Assembly: GCF_024700885.2 (NCBI RefSeq)
Contig: NZ_CP117016.1
Origin: Escherichia coli
GTDB lineage: Bacteria; Pseudomonadota; Gammaproteobacteria; Enterobacterales; Enterobacteriaceae
Length of the DNA stretch: 64,000 nt
Reading direction: 5' to 3' (one strand)
Part shown: in pieces, positions 44,284 through 55,200 of the stretch
Numbering within the stretch: position 1 is the stretch's first letter
Layout: each line of letters opens with the position of its first letter
Notes under the pieces: model-generated
What the model was told of the DNA's origin: nothing
Databases searched by the model: none
The model's input: the letters and a program-made list of their open reading frames with translations, nothing else
Program-made: the position numbers and the translations under genes

Positions 44284-45420
44284 TCAATGATCCAAATAAA
44301 GATAATGCATCCAACTGGTCATTCTCAGCAGCACCTTCCGCATCACCGAAACATGGCTGAAATGGTCGGAGTAAACTGCCACCTGGGCGTAGATGCCGTC
44401 GGGTAAGGCATCGATATCAGCGTTAGGGTCCAGTTCAATGGTTCCCAGCACACCGTCCGTGCCGGGCACGACCGTTAATGATTGCAATACCCCCTGCGCC
44501 TGATAAGAACCGCCTGGCACGACAGGTAAAATACTGGTCAGTTTGCCGTGGAACACCTGCCCAGGTAGCGCGTTAAACACCACTTCCGCATCATCGCCGG
44601 GTTTCAGACGTAACAGCGAGTTTTGCCGAAATTGGGCGACAATTTGCCGTTTTTGCTCGGGGATGAAAACCATCACCGGACGCAACGGCAAGGCAGCTGC
44701 GTATGTACCTGGGCGGATCAGTACCTGAGTAACGTAGCCATTGCTCGGCGCGCGAATGACAGTCTGCTCAAGGTTATATTTTGCTTCAGTAAGTTGCGCT
44801 CTTAAGCTCACAATCTGCGATTGCTCGCCGTTAACCATACTATCGAGCTGGCTCTGGATCTGCGCCTGCTCCGCCACCGAGCCTTTCACCAGCGCATCCT
44901 GCGCGAGGAAATTTTGCCGCGCATCGTCGATGTCACGTTCCGAGAACGGATTCACCGCCGCCTGGCTGCCTTTCAGATAACGTTGATAATTATTAAACAG
45001 ACGGTCGCGCTCCGCTGAAACCTGGGTGGTGTTGGCCTGCGCTTCAGTGAGCTGCGCGCGCAGCGTCTTTATATTATGCGTCGCCGTCATCAGGTCAGCC
45101 TGAAGTCTGTCAACTCGCGCCTGGTAACGAACCGGGTCGAGCTTAAAAAGCACCTCGCCCTTTTGAATAAGCTGATTATTCTTGTCAGTGACTTCAGTAA
45201 CAATTCCCGTCACCTGTGGCGTGATGGGGATCGCAATCACTGCCTTTTGCGCGGTAAAAGTGTAAGGGTGGTTGTAGTTCATCAACAAAATCAAACCACT
45301 CACCAGAAACACGCCTCCCAGCGCCGCCGTCGCCAGCGTCCACTGATTTACCGGAATGCGGAAGATTTTAAAGACCGCCCACGCCAGCGCCACGTAAGTT
45401 AAAACAATCAATAGATCCAT
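44284..45420 (-). CDS. yibH: HlyD-family membrane fusion protein
   Basis: 378 aa; N-terminal TM segment, coiled-coil region, biotinyl/lipoyl-like hairpin. Confidence 0.88.
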   Translation of the reverse strand: MDLLIVLTYVALAWAVFKIFRIPVNQWTLATAALGGVFLVSGLILLMNYNHPYTFTAQKAVIAIPITPQVTGIVTEVTDKNNQLIQKGEVLFKLDPVRYQARVDRLQADLMTATHNIKTLRAQLTEAQANTTQVSAERDRLFNNYQRYLKGSQAAVNPFSERDIDDARQNFLAQDALVKGSVAEQAQIQSQLDSMVNGEQSQIVSLRAQLTEAKYNLEQTVIRAPSNGYVTQVLIRPGTYAAALPLRPVMVFIPEQKRQIVAQFRQNSLLRLKPGDDAEVVFNALPGQVFHGKLTSILPVVPGGSYQAQGVLQSLTVVPGTDGVLGTIELDPNADIDALPDGIYAQVAVYSDHFSHVSVMRKVLLRMTSWMHYLYLDH

Positions 45421-45422
45421 AT

Positions 45423-45785
45423 TTAGATCTCCGGGAACGTGGAATAGTCAGTCTTTTTCTCGGCGGCGAGTTGATGCTCCAGCCGGGAAATTCGGTCAGA
45501 AAGTGCGGCGATTTCCGGGTCAGCCGCTTTCTCCTGCGACGCAACATGTGACTGCATACCCCAGCCACGCTCCGGTTGATAGAGCGTCGCCCAGATCCAC
45601 AGAAACGGCCAGATAACATGCAGAGTAAACAGGCTCACCCAGCCCGCCGTATGAATAGCGTCGGCATGGGGATGGTTGCGCTTTTTGGCAATCAGATAAG
45701 GGATGTCATGTATCGCGATGATTCCATAAAAAATCACCAGAAAGACGAAGATCAGCACTCCCAACGCGAAATAGTTTAGAAACAT
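45423..45785 (-). CDS. yibI: DUF3302-type small inner membrane protein
   Basis: 120 aa; two hydrophobic segments; immediately upstream of yibH on the minus strand. Confidence 0.82.
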   Translation of the reverse strand: MFLNYFALGVLIFVFLVIFYGIIAIHDIPYLIAKKRNHPHADAIHTAGWVSLFTLHVIWPFLWIWATLYQPERGWGMQSHVASQEKAADPEIAALSDRISRLEHQLAAEKKTDYSTFPEI

Positions 45786-46321
45786 ATCTGCCTCGGATTC
45801 ACGTTTATCGGTGTTGTTTTTTGGCTGGCAGCCAGAAGGGAGTCAGGCTGATATTTTGACAATAATTCGGGTTCGCGATTCTCGCCATAACACCAAAGAA
45901 TAATTTTTAGAGGTGATGAGTTGCTTAGTTACATAACGATTTTATGACGAAGGCATAACATGCTGCAGATCACATCAGGTGAACGCCGTAAGAAAATATC
46001 TTGTGATTCAGATCACAAAGATTCAACAAACTAACAAAACAAAAATGTGACATTACTCACATTTAAATGCCATTTTTAGCGAAAATCGCCGCCTTGTTGC
46101 TTTTTTACACAGTCGTTTTGTGATGAGCATCACGTCAATTACCTCTCTACCCCCTATATTTATGTGACTGATATCACACAAAAGGCCGTCGACTGGACAG
46201 TTAACCGATTCAGTGCCAGATTTCGCAGTATCTACAAGGTCCGGCTACCTCTGCCGCCACATTAACAAAAAACCTCGGGCTTCCAGCCTGCGCGACAGCA
46301 AACATAAGAAGGGGTGTTTTT
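45786..46321. promoter_or_regulatory. mtlA upstream regulatory region
   Basis: 536-bp non-coding region before mtlA. The mtl operon promoter is known to be CRP- and MtlR-regulated; sites not mapped here. Confidence 0.45.
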
Positions 46322-48235
46322 ATGTCATCCGATATTAAGATCAAAGTGCAAAGCTTTGGTCGTTTCCTCAGCAACATGGTGATGCCAAATATCGGCGCGT
46401 TTATCGCGTGGGGTATCATCACCGCGTTATTTATTCCAACAGGGTGGTTACCGAACGAAACGCTGGCGAAGCTGGTCGGGCCAATGATCACTTATCTCCT
46501 GCCGCTGCTGATCGGTTATACCGGTGGTAAGCTGGTAGGCGGCGAACGTGGCGGTGTAGTCGGTGCCATCACCACCATGGGCGTTATCGTCGGCGCAGAT
46601 ATGCCAATGTTCCTTGGTTCTATGATTGCAGGTCCGCTGGGCGGCTGGTGCATTAAGCACTTCGACCGCTGGGTAGACGGTAAGATCAAATCCGGTTTTG
46701 AGATGCTGGTGAATAACTTCTCCGCAGGCATCATCGGGATGATCCTCGCTATTCTGGCATTCCTCGGCATTGGCCCGATTGTTGAAGCCCTGTCCAAAAT
46801 GCTGGCTGCGGGCGTTAACTTCATGGTTGTCCATGACATGCTGCCGCTGGCGTCTATCTTTGTTGAACCGGCGAAAATCCTGTTCCTCAACAACGCCATT
46901 AACCACGGTATCTTCTCGCCGCTGGGTATTCAGCAGTCCCATGAACTGGGTAAATCCATCTTCTTCCTGATTGAAGCTAACCCAGGTCCGGGTATGGGCG
47001 TGCTGCTGGCGTACATGTTCTTTGGTCGTGGTAGCGCTAAACAGTCTGCGGGCGGTGCGGCAATCATCCACTTCCTGGGCGGTATCCACGAAATCTACTT
47101 CCCGTATGTGCTGATGAATCCGCGTCTGATTCTGGCCGTTATCCTCGGTGGTATGACTGGCGTGTTCACGCTGACTATCCTGGGCGGTGGTCTGGTTTCT
47201 CCGGCATCTCCGGGTTCTATCCTTGCTGTACTGGCGATGACACCAAAAGGTGCTTATTTCGCTAACATCGCGGGTGTGTGTGCGGCGATGGCTGTCTCCT
47301 TCGTTGTCTCTGCTATTTTGCTGAAAACCAGCAAAGTGAAAGAAGAAGATGATATTGAAGCAGCAACTCGTCGTATGCAGGACATGAAAGCTGAGTCTAA
47401 AGGTGCGTCTCCGCTGTCTGCGGGCGATGTGACTAACGACCTGAGCCACGTACGTAAAATCATCGTTGCCTGTGATGCCGGTATGGGTTCCAGTGCAATG
47501 GGCGCAGGCGTGCTGCGTAAGAAAATTCAGGATGCAGGTCTGTCGCAGATTTCTGTTACTAACAGCGCGATCAACAACCTGCCGCCAGATGTGGACCTGG
47601 TCATCACTCACCGTGACCTGACCGAACGCGCTATGCGCCAGGTTCCGCAGGCACAGCATATTTCGCTGACCAACTTCCTCGACAGCGGCTTGTACACCAG
47701 CCTGACCGAACGTCTGGTTGCTGCCCAGCGCCATACTGAAAACGAAGTGAAAGTGAAAGACAGTCTGAAAGACAGCTTTGACGATTCCAATGCTAACCTG
47801 TTCAAGCTAGGCGCGGAGAACATCTTCCTCGGTCGCAAAGCGGCCACCAAAGAAGAAGCGATTCGTTTTGCTGGCGAGCAACTGGTGAAAGGCGGTTACG
47901 TTGAGCCGGAATACGTTCAGGCGATGCTGGATCGTGAAAAACTGACCCCGACTTATCTGGGTGAGTCTATCGCGGTGCCACACGGTACGGTTGAAGCGAA
48001 AGATCGCGTACTGAAAACGGGCGTGGTGTTCTGCCAGTACCCGGAAGGCGTGCGCTTCGGTGAAGAAGAAGATGACATTGCCCGTCTGGTGATTGGTATT
48101 GCTGCCCGTAACAACGAGCACATTCAGGTTATCACCAGCCTGACCAATGCACTGGATGATGAATCCGTCATCGAGCGTCTGGCACACACCACCAGCGTGG
48201 ATGAAGTGCTGGAACTGCTGGCAGGTCGTAAGTAA
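46322..48235 (+). CDS. mtlA: PTS mannitol-specific EIICBA component
   Basis: 637 aa; membrane EIIC domain plus EIIB (…[14 protein letters not shown]…) and EIIA (…[10 protein letters not shown]…) domains. Confidence 0.95.
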   Translation: MSSDIKIKVQSFGRFLSNMVMPNIGAFIAWGIITALFIPTGWLPNETLAKLVGPMITYLLPLLIGYTGGKLVGGERGGVVGAITTMGVIVGADMPMFLGSMIAGPLGGWCIKHFDRWVDGKIKSGFEMLVNNFSAGIIGMILAILAFLGIGPIVEALSKMLAAGVNFMVVHDMLPLASIFVEPAKILFLNNAINHGIFSPLGIQQSHELGKSIFFLIEANPGPGMGVLLAYMFFGRGSAKQSAGGAAIIHFLGGIHEIYFPYVLMNPRLILAVILGGMTGVFTLTILGGGLVSPASPGSILAVLAMTPKGAYFANIAGVCAAMAVSFVVSAILLKTSKVKEEDDIEAATRRMQDMKAESKGASPLSAGDVTNDLSHVRKIIVACDAGMGSSAMGAGVLRKKIQDAGLSQISVTNSAINNLPPDVDLVITHRDLTERAMRQVPQAQHISLTNFLDSGLYTSLTERLVAAQRHTENEVKVKDSLKDSFDDSNANLFKLGAENIFLGRKAATKEEAIRFAGEQLVKGGYVEPEYVQAMLDREKLTPTYLGESIAVPHGTVEAKDRVLKTGVVFCQYPEGVRFGEEEDDIARLVIGIAARNNEHIQVITSLTNALDDESVIERLAHTTSVDEVLELLAGRK

Positions 48236-48239
48236 TCCA

Positions 48240-48310
48240 ATCCTACCCTCTCCTCACGGAGAGGGTTTGGGTGAGGGAAAAGCCTCACCCCAGCCCTCTC
48301 GGGTAAAAAC
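48240..48310. repeat. Intergenic palindromic repeat units between mtlA and mtlD
   Basis: ccctctcc-tcac-ggagaggg and gggtgagg…cctcaccc hairpins. Confidence 0.5.
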
Positions 48311-48329
48311 ATTGATGAAGGTTAATACT

Positions 48330-49478
48330 ATGAAAGCATTACATTTTGGCGCAGGTAATATCGGTCGTGGCTTTATCGGTAAACTGCTGGCAGACGCGGG
48401 TATCCAACTGACGTTTGCCGATGTCAATCAGGTGGTACTTGATGCCCTGAATGCCCGTCATAGCTATCAGGTTCATGTGGTCGGTGAAACCGAGCAGGTA
48501 GATACCGTTTCCGGCGTCAATGCCGTCAGCAGCATTGGTGATGATGTCGTTGATCTGATTGCTCAGGTTGATTTAGTCACTACCGCCGTTGGTCCGGTTG
48601 TGCTGGAACGTATTGCTCCGGCAATCGCCAAAGGGCTGGTGAAACGTAAAGAACAAGGTAATGAATCCCCGCTGAACATTATCGCCTGTGAAAACATGGT
48701 ACGCGGCACCACGCAGCTGAAAGGCCATGTGATGAACGCCCTGCCGGAAGATGCCAAAGCGTGGGTAGAAGAACACGTTGGCTTTGTCGATTCCGCCGTT
48801 GACCGCATCGTGCCGCCTTCGGCTTCTGCAACCAACGATCCGCTGGAAGTGACGGTAGAAACATTCAGCGAATGGATTGTTGATAAAACCCAGTTCAAAG
48901 GCGCGCTGCCGAACATCCCAGGAATGGAGTTAACCGACAACCTGATGGCATTTGTCGAACGTAAACTCTTCACCCTGAATACAGGTCATGCTATAACCGC
49001 GTACCTCGGAAAACTGGCCGGTCATCAGACCATTCGTGACGCTATTCTCGACGAGAAAATCCGCGCGGTGGTAAAAGGTGCGATGGAAGAAAGTGGTGCA
49101 GTATTGATCAAGCGCTACGGCTTTGACGCAGACAAACATGCGGCGTACATCCGGAAAATCCTCGGTCGTTTCGAGAACCCGTATCTGAAAGATGATGTAG
49201 AGCGCGTAGGCCGTCAGCCGCTGCGTAAACTGAGTGCTGGCGACCGTCTGATCAAGCCACTGCTCGGAACGCTGGAATATGGTCTGCCACATAAAAACCT
49301 GATTGAAGGTATTGCCGCTGCAATGCACTTCCGCAGTGAAGATGATCCGCAGGCTCAGGAACTGGCAGCACTGATCGCTGACAAAGGTCCGCAGGCGGCG
49401 CTGGCACAGATTTCCGGTCTTGATGCCAACAGCGAGGTTGTATCCGAGGCGGTAACCGCTTATAAAGCAATGCAATAA
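48330..49478 (+). CDS. mtlD: Mannitol-1-phosphate 5-dehydrogenase
   Basis: 382 aa from [17 protein letters not shown] (Rossmann GxGxxG). The 61-codon upstream extension in the track runs through the repeat units and is rejected. Confidence 0.93.
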   Translation: MKALHFGAGNIGRGFIGKLLADAGIQLTFADVNQVVLDALNARHSYQVHVVGETEQVDTVSGVNAVSSIGDDVVDLIAQVDLVTTAVGPVVLERIAPAIAKGLVKRKEQGNESPLNIIACENMVRGTTQLKGHVMNALPEDAKAWVEEHVGFVDSAVDRIVPPSASATNDPLEVTVETFSEWIVDKTQFKGALPNIPGMELTDNLMAFVERKLFTLNTGHAITAYLGKLAGHQTIRDAILDEKIRAVVKGAMEESGAVLIKRYGFDADKHAAYIRKILGRFENPYLKDDVERVGRQPLRKLSAGDRLIKPLLGTLEYGLPHKNLIEGIAAAMHFRSEDDPQAQELAALIADKGPQAALAQISGLDANSEVVSEAVTAYKAMQ

Positions 49479-50065
49479 TGGTGGACCAGGCGCAGGATAC
49501 CCTGCGCCCGAATAACAGATTGTCAGATATGCAGGCAACAATGGAACAAACCCAGGCCTTTGAAAACCGTGTGCTTGAGCGTCTGAATGCTGGCAAAACC
49601 GTGCGAAGCTTTCTGATCACCGCCGTCGAGCTTTTGACCGAGGCGGTAAATCTTCTGGTGCTTCAGGTATTCCGCAAAGACGATTACGCGGTGAAGTATG
49701 CTGTAGAACCGTTACTCGACGGCGACGGTCCGCTGGGCGATCTTTCTGTGCGTTTAAAACTCATTTACGGGTTGGGCGTCATTAACCGCCAGGAATACGA
49801 AGATGCGGAACTGCTGATGGCATTGCGTGAAGAGCTAAATCACGACGGCAACGAGTACGCGTTTACCGACGACGAAATCCTTGGACCCTTTGGTGAACTG
49901 CATTGCGTGGCGGCGTTACCACCGCCGCCACAGTTTGAACCTGCAGACTCCAGTTTGTATGCAATGCAAATTCAGCGTTACCAACAGGCTGTGCGATCAA
50001 CAATGGTCCTTTCACTGACAGAGCTGATTTCCAAAATCAGCTTAAAAAAAGCCTTCCAAAAGTAA
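49478..50065 (+). CDS. mtlR: Mannitol operon repressor
   Basis: 195 aa; ATG overlaps the mtlD stop by 1 nt. Confidence 0.9.
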   Translation: MVDQAQDTLRPNNRLSDMQATMEQTQAFENRVLERLNAGKTVRSFLITAVELLTEAVNLLVLQVFRKDDYAVKYAVEPLLDGDGPLGDLSVRLKLIYGLGVINRQEYEDAELLMALREELNHDGNEYAFTDDEILGPFGELHCVAALPPPPQFEPADSSLYAMQIQRYQQAVRSTMVLSLTELISKISLKKAFQK

Positions 50066-50076
50066 GCAACGTCTGC

Positions 50077-50286
50077 TTACTGCCCCTCTACCTGCTTCGG
50101 CCGATAAAGCCGACGATAATACTCCAGACGTTGTAGATATAACGGCACGCTTTCATCAGGTATTCCGGACGGAATCGCGTTACGGGGAGGTAGTTTTTTC
50201 AGATACTCCCGGAACGCCTGGCTCGATGCCATGAAATCTACGGCTTTATCGATAAGAAGCGGAACGTTTTCACCTAATTTGCCCAT
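50077..50286 (-). CDS. yibT: Small protein YibT
   Basis: 69-aa minus-strand ORF convergent with mtlR; position. Confidence 0.65.
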
Positions 50287-50569
50287 GATGATATCTCCGT
50301 ATTACCCCGCGCCGGGAATGCGCGGCCGCCAATTTTAGTTTAGATCCCGGTATAAATGACATTAAGGAAAACGTGCTCAATCCTCAATAATCATCCGTTT
50401 CTATTAACTATCTTTTTTCTTTAAATTTCTTAATTAATCAATAAATTGCGTAGTTTTTAAGCATGTTAATGTTTACGTTATAGAACTATTGCAATGTCAT
50501 CAGTTGTGAACAAAGCACCTGGTCGCGCATACTAGGGGCTATAAATTTATCTTTATCAGAAGCCATCAC

Positions 50570-50932
50570 ATGAAAGAAGTCGAAAAAAACGAAATCAAAC
50601 GTCTCAGCGATCGTCTGGACGCCATCCGCCACCAGCAGGCCGATCTGTCGCTGGTTGAAGCCGCAGACAAATATGCTGAACTGGAAAAAGAGAAAGCCAC
50701 TCTGGAAGCAGAAATTGCTCGCCTGCGCGAAGTTCACAGCCAGAAACTCAGTAAGGAAGCACAGAAGCTGATGAAGATGCCGTTCCAGCGCGCGATTACT
50801 AAAAAAGAGCAAGCTGATATGGGCAAACTGAAGAAGAGCGTTCGCGGACTGGTCGTTGTGCACCCAATGACCGCGCTGGGCCGCGAAATGGGCCTACAAG
50901 AGATGACAGGGTTCTCTAAGACTGCGTTTTAA
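50570..50932 (+). CDS. yibL: DUF2810-type ribosome-associated protein
   Basis: 120 aa; highly charged, coiled-coil-like. Confidence 0.82.
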
Positions 50933-51490
50933 GTTCCTTTCTCGTCGCTGTAATTACAGCCACTCACGATTTACTCGCTCCTGCTGGCACATGCAGGGGC
51001 CTGTTTTAGCGATCGAATATTTATAACGTTCTTAACATTATATATTCAACTCCACCTACACTTCTGAGCGCTCGGAGCAGGCTAAATTCTGAAAATCCGG
51101 TACAAATTAAAGAATGATGTATCAATATTAACAATGAATTGCCGCATATCAATGCTTGAAACATAATTAATTATTTAAATTTTTCTATCAGCATCGCAAA
51201 CTTCGCAATAAAACATCACTCAACTGAATATTTACCTTTCCCTGCCCTGGGCCTTTATCCGGTGAAACATTTGACATTGATTGACACCGATCATTAAAAT
51301 CCGCGCGATTAATATTATTGGCTACAAACCGAAATTGTTTGACACTTAATAACATATTCGCACAACCAATTAATACAAAAATTCTCTAACAAATTTATTT
51401 GTCGGATATGCTCCACTCTAATCATTCATAAAAAAAATGATTGTGCCGTAATTATCAACTGTATCGGGATTATGAAAAGGAATTCATCCT

Positions 51491-52174
51491 ATGAACCTAA
51501 AGAAAACACTGTTAAGCGTGTTAATAATAGTGCCTCTCTGCTTATTGGCAGGGTGTGACTATATTGAAAAAGCGAGTAAGGTCGACGACCTCGTTACACA
51601 GCAAGAGTTGCAAAAAAGCAAAATTGAGGCGCTTGAGAAACAACAGGAACTCGATAAGCGAAAGATAGAACATTTTGAAAAACAACAAACTACTATCATA
51701 AATAGTACCAAGACGCTCGCTGGCGTGGTGAAAGCGGTTAAAGACAAACAGGACGAATTTGTCTTTACAGAATTTAACCCGGCACAAACACAATACTTCA
51801 TTCTAAATAACGGTTCTGTCGGTTTGGCAGGTCGGGTGCTGGCTATTGATGCGGTTGAAAACGGCAGCGTTATTCGTATTTCACTAGTCAATCTATTAAG
51901 CGTTCCCGTATCAAATATTGGCTTTCATGCGACATGGGGCAATGAAAGACCCACCGATGCCAAAGCTCTGGCGAAGTGGCAACAATTACTTTTCAACACC
52001 ACCATGAATTCCACTCTGCAATTAATGCCTGGTCAATGGCAAGACATTAATCTGACATTAAAAGGCGTTTCGCCTAATAACCTGAAGTATCTGAAGTTGT
52101 CCATCAATATGGCAAATCTCCAGTTCGACACTGTTCAATCTGCTGAAACTCGGCAGCGAAAAAACAAAAAATAA
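51491..52174 (+). CDS. Lipoprotein with N-terminal coiled-coil segment
   Basis: 227 aa; lipobox LLAGC after the signal peptide; repeated KQQEL/EKQQ heptad-like segment; AT-rich context; immediately upstream of the autotransporter. Confidence 0.6.
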   Translation: MNLKKTLLSVLIIVPLCLLAGCDYIEKASKVDDLVTQQELQKSKIEALEKQQELDKRKIEHFEKQQTTIINSTKTLAGVVKAVKDKQDEFVFTEFNPAQTQYFILNNGSVGLAGRVLAIDAVENGSVIRISLVNLLSVPVSNIGFHATWGNERPTDAKALAKWQQLLFNTTMNSTLQLMPGQWQDINLTLKGVSPNNLKYLKLSINMANLQFDTVQSAETRQRKNKK

Positions 52175-52217
52175 ATGCAGCTTCTGCGCTTATATCAAGG
52201 AATAGAGAGCATCAATA

Positions 52218-55200
52218 ATGAACAAAATTTTTAAAGTTATCTGGAATCCAGCGACGGGCAGTTACAGCGTTGCCAGCGAAACGGCGAAGAGCCGTGGCAA
52301 AAAGAGCGGACGCAGTAAGCTGTTAATTTCTGCGCTGGTTGCGGGTGGGCTGTTGTCGTCGTTTGGGGCAAGTGCAGATAATTACACTGGGCAGCCAACT
52401 GATTATGGCGATGGCTCAGCAGGTGACGGCTGGGTTGCTATCGGTAAAGGTTCAAAAGCAAATACCTTTATAAACACAAGTGGCGCGAGTACAGCTTTAG
52501 GTTATGACGCGATAGCCGAAGGTGAGTACAGCTCTGCCATCGGGTCAAAAACCCTCGCAAGTGGTGGAGCATCCATGGCGTTTGGGGTTAGTGCAAAAGC
52601 ATTAGGTGACAGAAGTGTCGCGCTGGGTGCATCTTCAACAGCAACTGGCGATCGTTCGATGGCTCTTGGTCGTTACGCAAAGACGAACGGTTTTACATCT
52701 CTTGCTGTTGGGGACTCCTCCCTTGCCGATGGTGAAAAAACTATTGCGTTAGGAAATACGGCTAAAGCTTACGAAATTATGAGCATCGCCCTCGGTGATA
52801 ATGCCAATGCGTCAAAAGAATATTCAATGGCGCTGGGTGCAAGTAGCGCCGCATCTGCGGCTAACGCGATTGCAGTAGGCCGCAACAGTGCTGCTGCTGG
52901 CGTAGACAGCCTCGCATTAGGTAGACAATCACTTGCCAGTGCAGCGAACGCCATTACGATTGGTGCTGAAAGCGAAGCCGCTGAAAATGCGACGGCTGTA
53001 GGTACTAAAGCGAAAGCTCGAGGCAAAAACAGTCTTGCATTAGGTGCAAACAGTGATTCAACAGGTGAAGGTTCTGTTGCCCTGGGATATACAGCAGCGG
53101 CTGCTGGCGCAAGTGCTCTTGCCTTGGGGCAAAATGCGCAAGCATCAAACACAAACACCATTGCATTAGGCCAGAACAGCAGCGCATCAACCGCAAATGC
53201 TATTGCGATCGGTACAGGAAGTTCTGCGGTTGGATCAAACAGTCTTGCATTGGGAAGTTCATCTTCTGCAGGAGGGAATAATTCCGTCGCGATTGGTGCA
53301 AGCTCTACTGCAGATGAAGACAACGTTGTGTCGGTCGGCTCAGGGTCAGCACAGCGTCGCATCGTCAATATGGCGGCAGGTGAAATCTCAACAGACAGTA
53401 AAGAAGCCATTAACGGTTCACAACTTTACGCCATTAGTCGGTCGGTAGCAGACAGGCTGGGAGGCGGAGCAGATGTAGCCAGTAACGGAACAATAAAGGG
53501 GATGTCTTATAAACTGAAGAAAAGGGATTTCAATAACGTTGGTGAAGCACTCCAGTACCTTGACAATGAAACTCTGCACTGGGACTCAGCTAAAGGGGCT
53601 TTCAGCGCCAGTTATATTGTTAAAAATGCTGATGGAACGATTGCCAGTACCGTAGCAGAAAACAAAATCATCAATGTAAAAGATGGCGATATTTCGGCTA
53701 CCAGTAAAGACGCCATTAACGGCTCTCAGCTGAAAACCACCAACGATAACGTAGCGACCAACACCACCAATATCACCAACCTGACTGATTCCGTTGGCGA
53801 CCTTAAAGACGATGCCCTGCTGTGGAATGGCACCGCATTCAGCGCCGCTCACGGTACCGATGCCACCAGCAAAATCACCAACGTCAAAGACGGTGACCTG
53901 ACGGCTGGCAGCACTGACGCGGTAAACGGCTCTCAGCTCAAAACCACTAACGATGCCGTGGCAGCCAACACCACCAATATCGCCACGAACACCACCAACA
54001 TCACCAACCTGACTGACGCTGTTGACAGTCTCGGTGATGACTCTCTGCTGTGGAACGCTACTGCGGGGGCATTCAGTGCCGCGCACGGTACTGATGCCAC
54101 CAGCAAAATCACTAACGTCAAAGACGGTGACCTGACGGCTGGCAGCACTGACGCGGTTAACGGCTCTCAGCTCAAAACCACTAACGATGCCGTGGCAGCC
54201 AACACCACCAATATCGCCACGAACACCACCAACATCACCAACCTGACTGACGCTGTTGACAGTCTCGGTGATGACTCTCTGCTGTGGAATGATGCAGCGA
54301 AAGCATTCAGCGCCGCGCACGGTACTGATGCCACCAGCAAAATCACCAACGTCAAAGACGGTGACCTGACGGCTGGCAGCACTGACGCGGTTAACGGCTC
54401 TCAGCTAAAAACCACTAACGATGCCGTGACAGCCAACACCACCAATATCGCCACTAACACCACCAACATCACCAACCTGACTGACGCTGTTGACAGTCTC
54501 GGTGATGACTCTCTGCTGTGGAACGCTACTGCGGGGGCATTCAGCGCCGCGCACGGTACTGATGCCACCAGCAAAATCACTAACGTCAAAGACGGTGACC
54601 TGACGGCTGGCAGCACTGACGCGGTTAACGGCTCTCAGCTCAAAACCACTAACGATGCTGTGGCAGCCAACACCACCAATATCGCCACGAACACCACCAA
54701 CATCACCAACCTGACTGACGCTGTTGACAGTCTCGGTGACGATTCCCTGCTGTGGAACGCTACGGCGGGGGCATTCAGTGCCGCACACGGTACTGATGCC
54801 ACCAGCAAAATCACTAACGTCAAAGACGGTGACCTGACGGCTGGCAGCACTGACGCGGTTAACGGCTCTCAGCTCAAAACCACCAACGATAATGTGGCAA
54901 CCAACACCACCAATATCGCCACGAATACCACCAACATCACCAACCTGACTGACGCTGTTGACAGTCTCGGTGACGATTCCCTGCTGTGGAACGCTACGGC
55001 GGGGGCATTCAGTGCCGCACACTGTACTGATGCCACCAGCAAAATCACTAACGTCAAAGACGGTGACCTGACGGCTGGCAGCACTGACGCGGTTAACGGC
55101 TCTCAGCTCAAAACCACCAACGATAATGTGGCAACCAACACCACCAATATCGCCACGAATACCACCAACATCACCAACCTGACTGACGCTGTTGACAGTC

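Noticed and set aside
46448-47734. 428-aa minus-strand ORF antisense to mtlA
   Set aside because: The translation is low-complexity and Arg/His-rich with no recognisable domain, while the mtlA frame on the plus strand is unambiguous.
48147-48329. 61-codon N-terminal extension of mtlD in the ORF track
   Set aside because: The extension runs through the intergenic palindromic repeat units and overlaps the mtlA 3' end; the conserved Rossmann N-terminus [12 protein letters not shown] begins at 48330.
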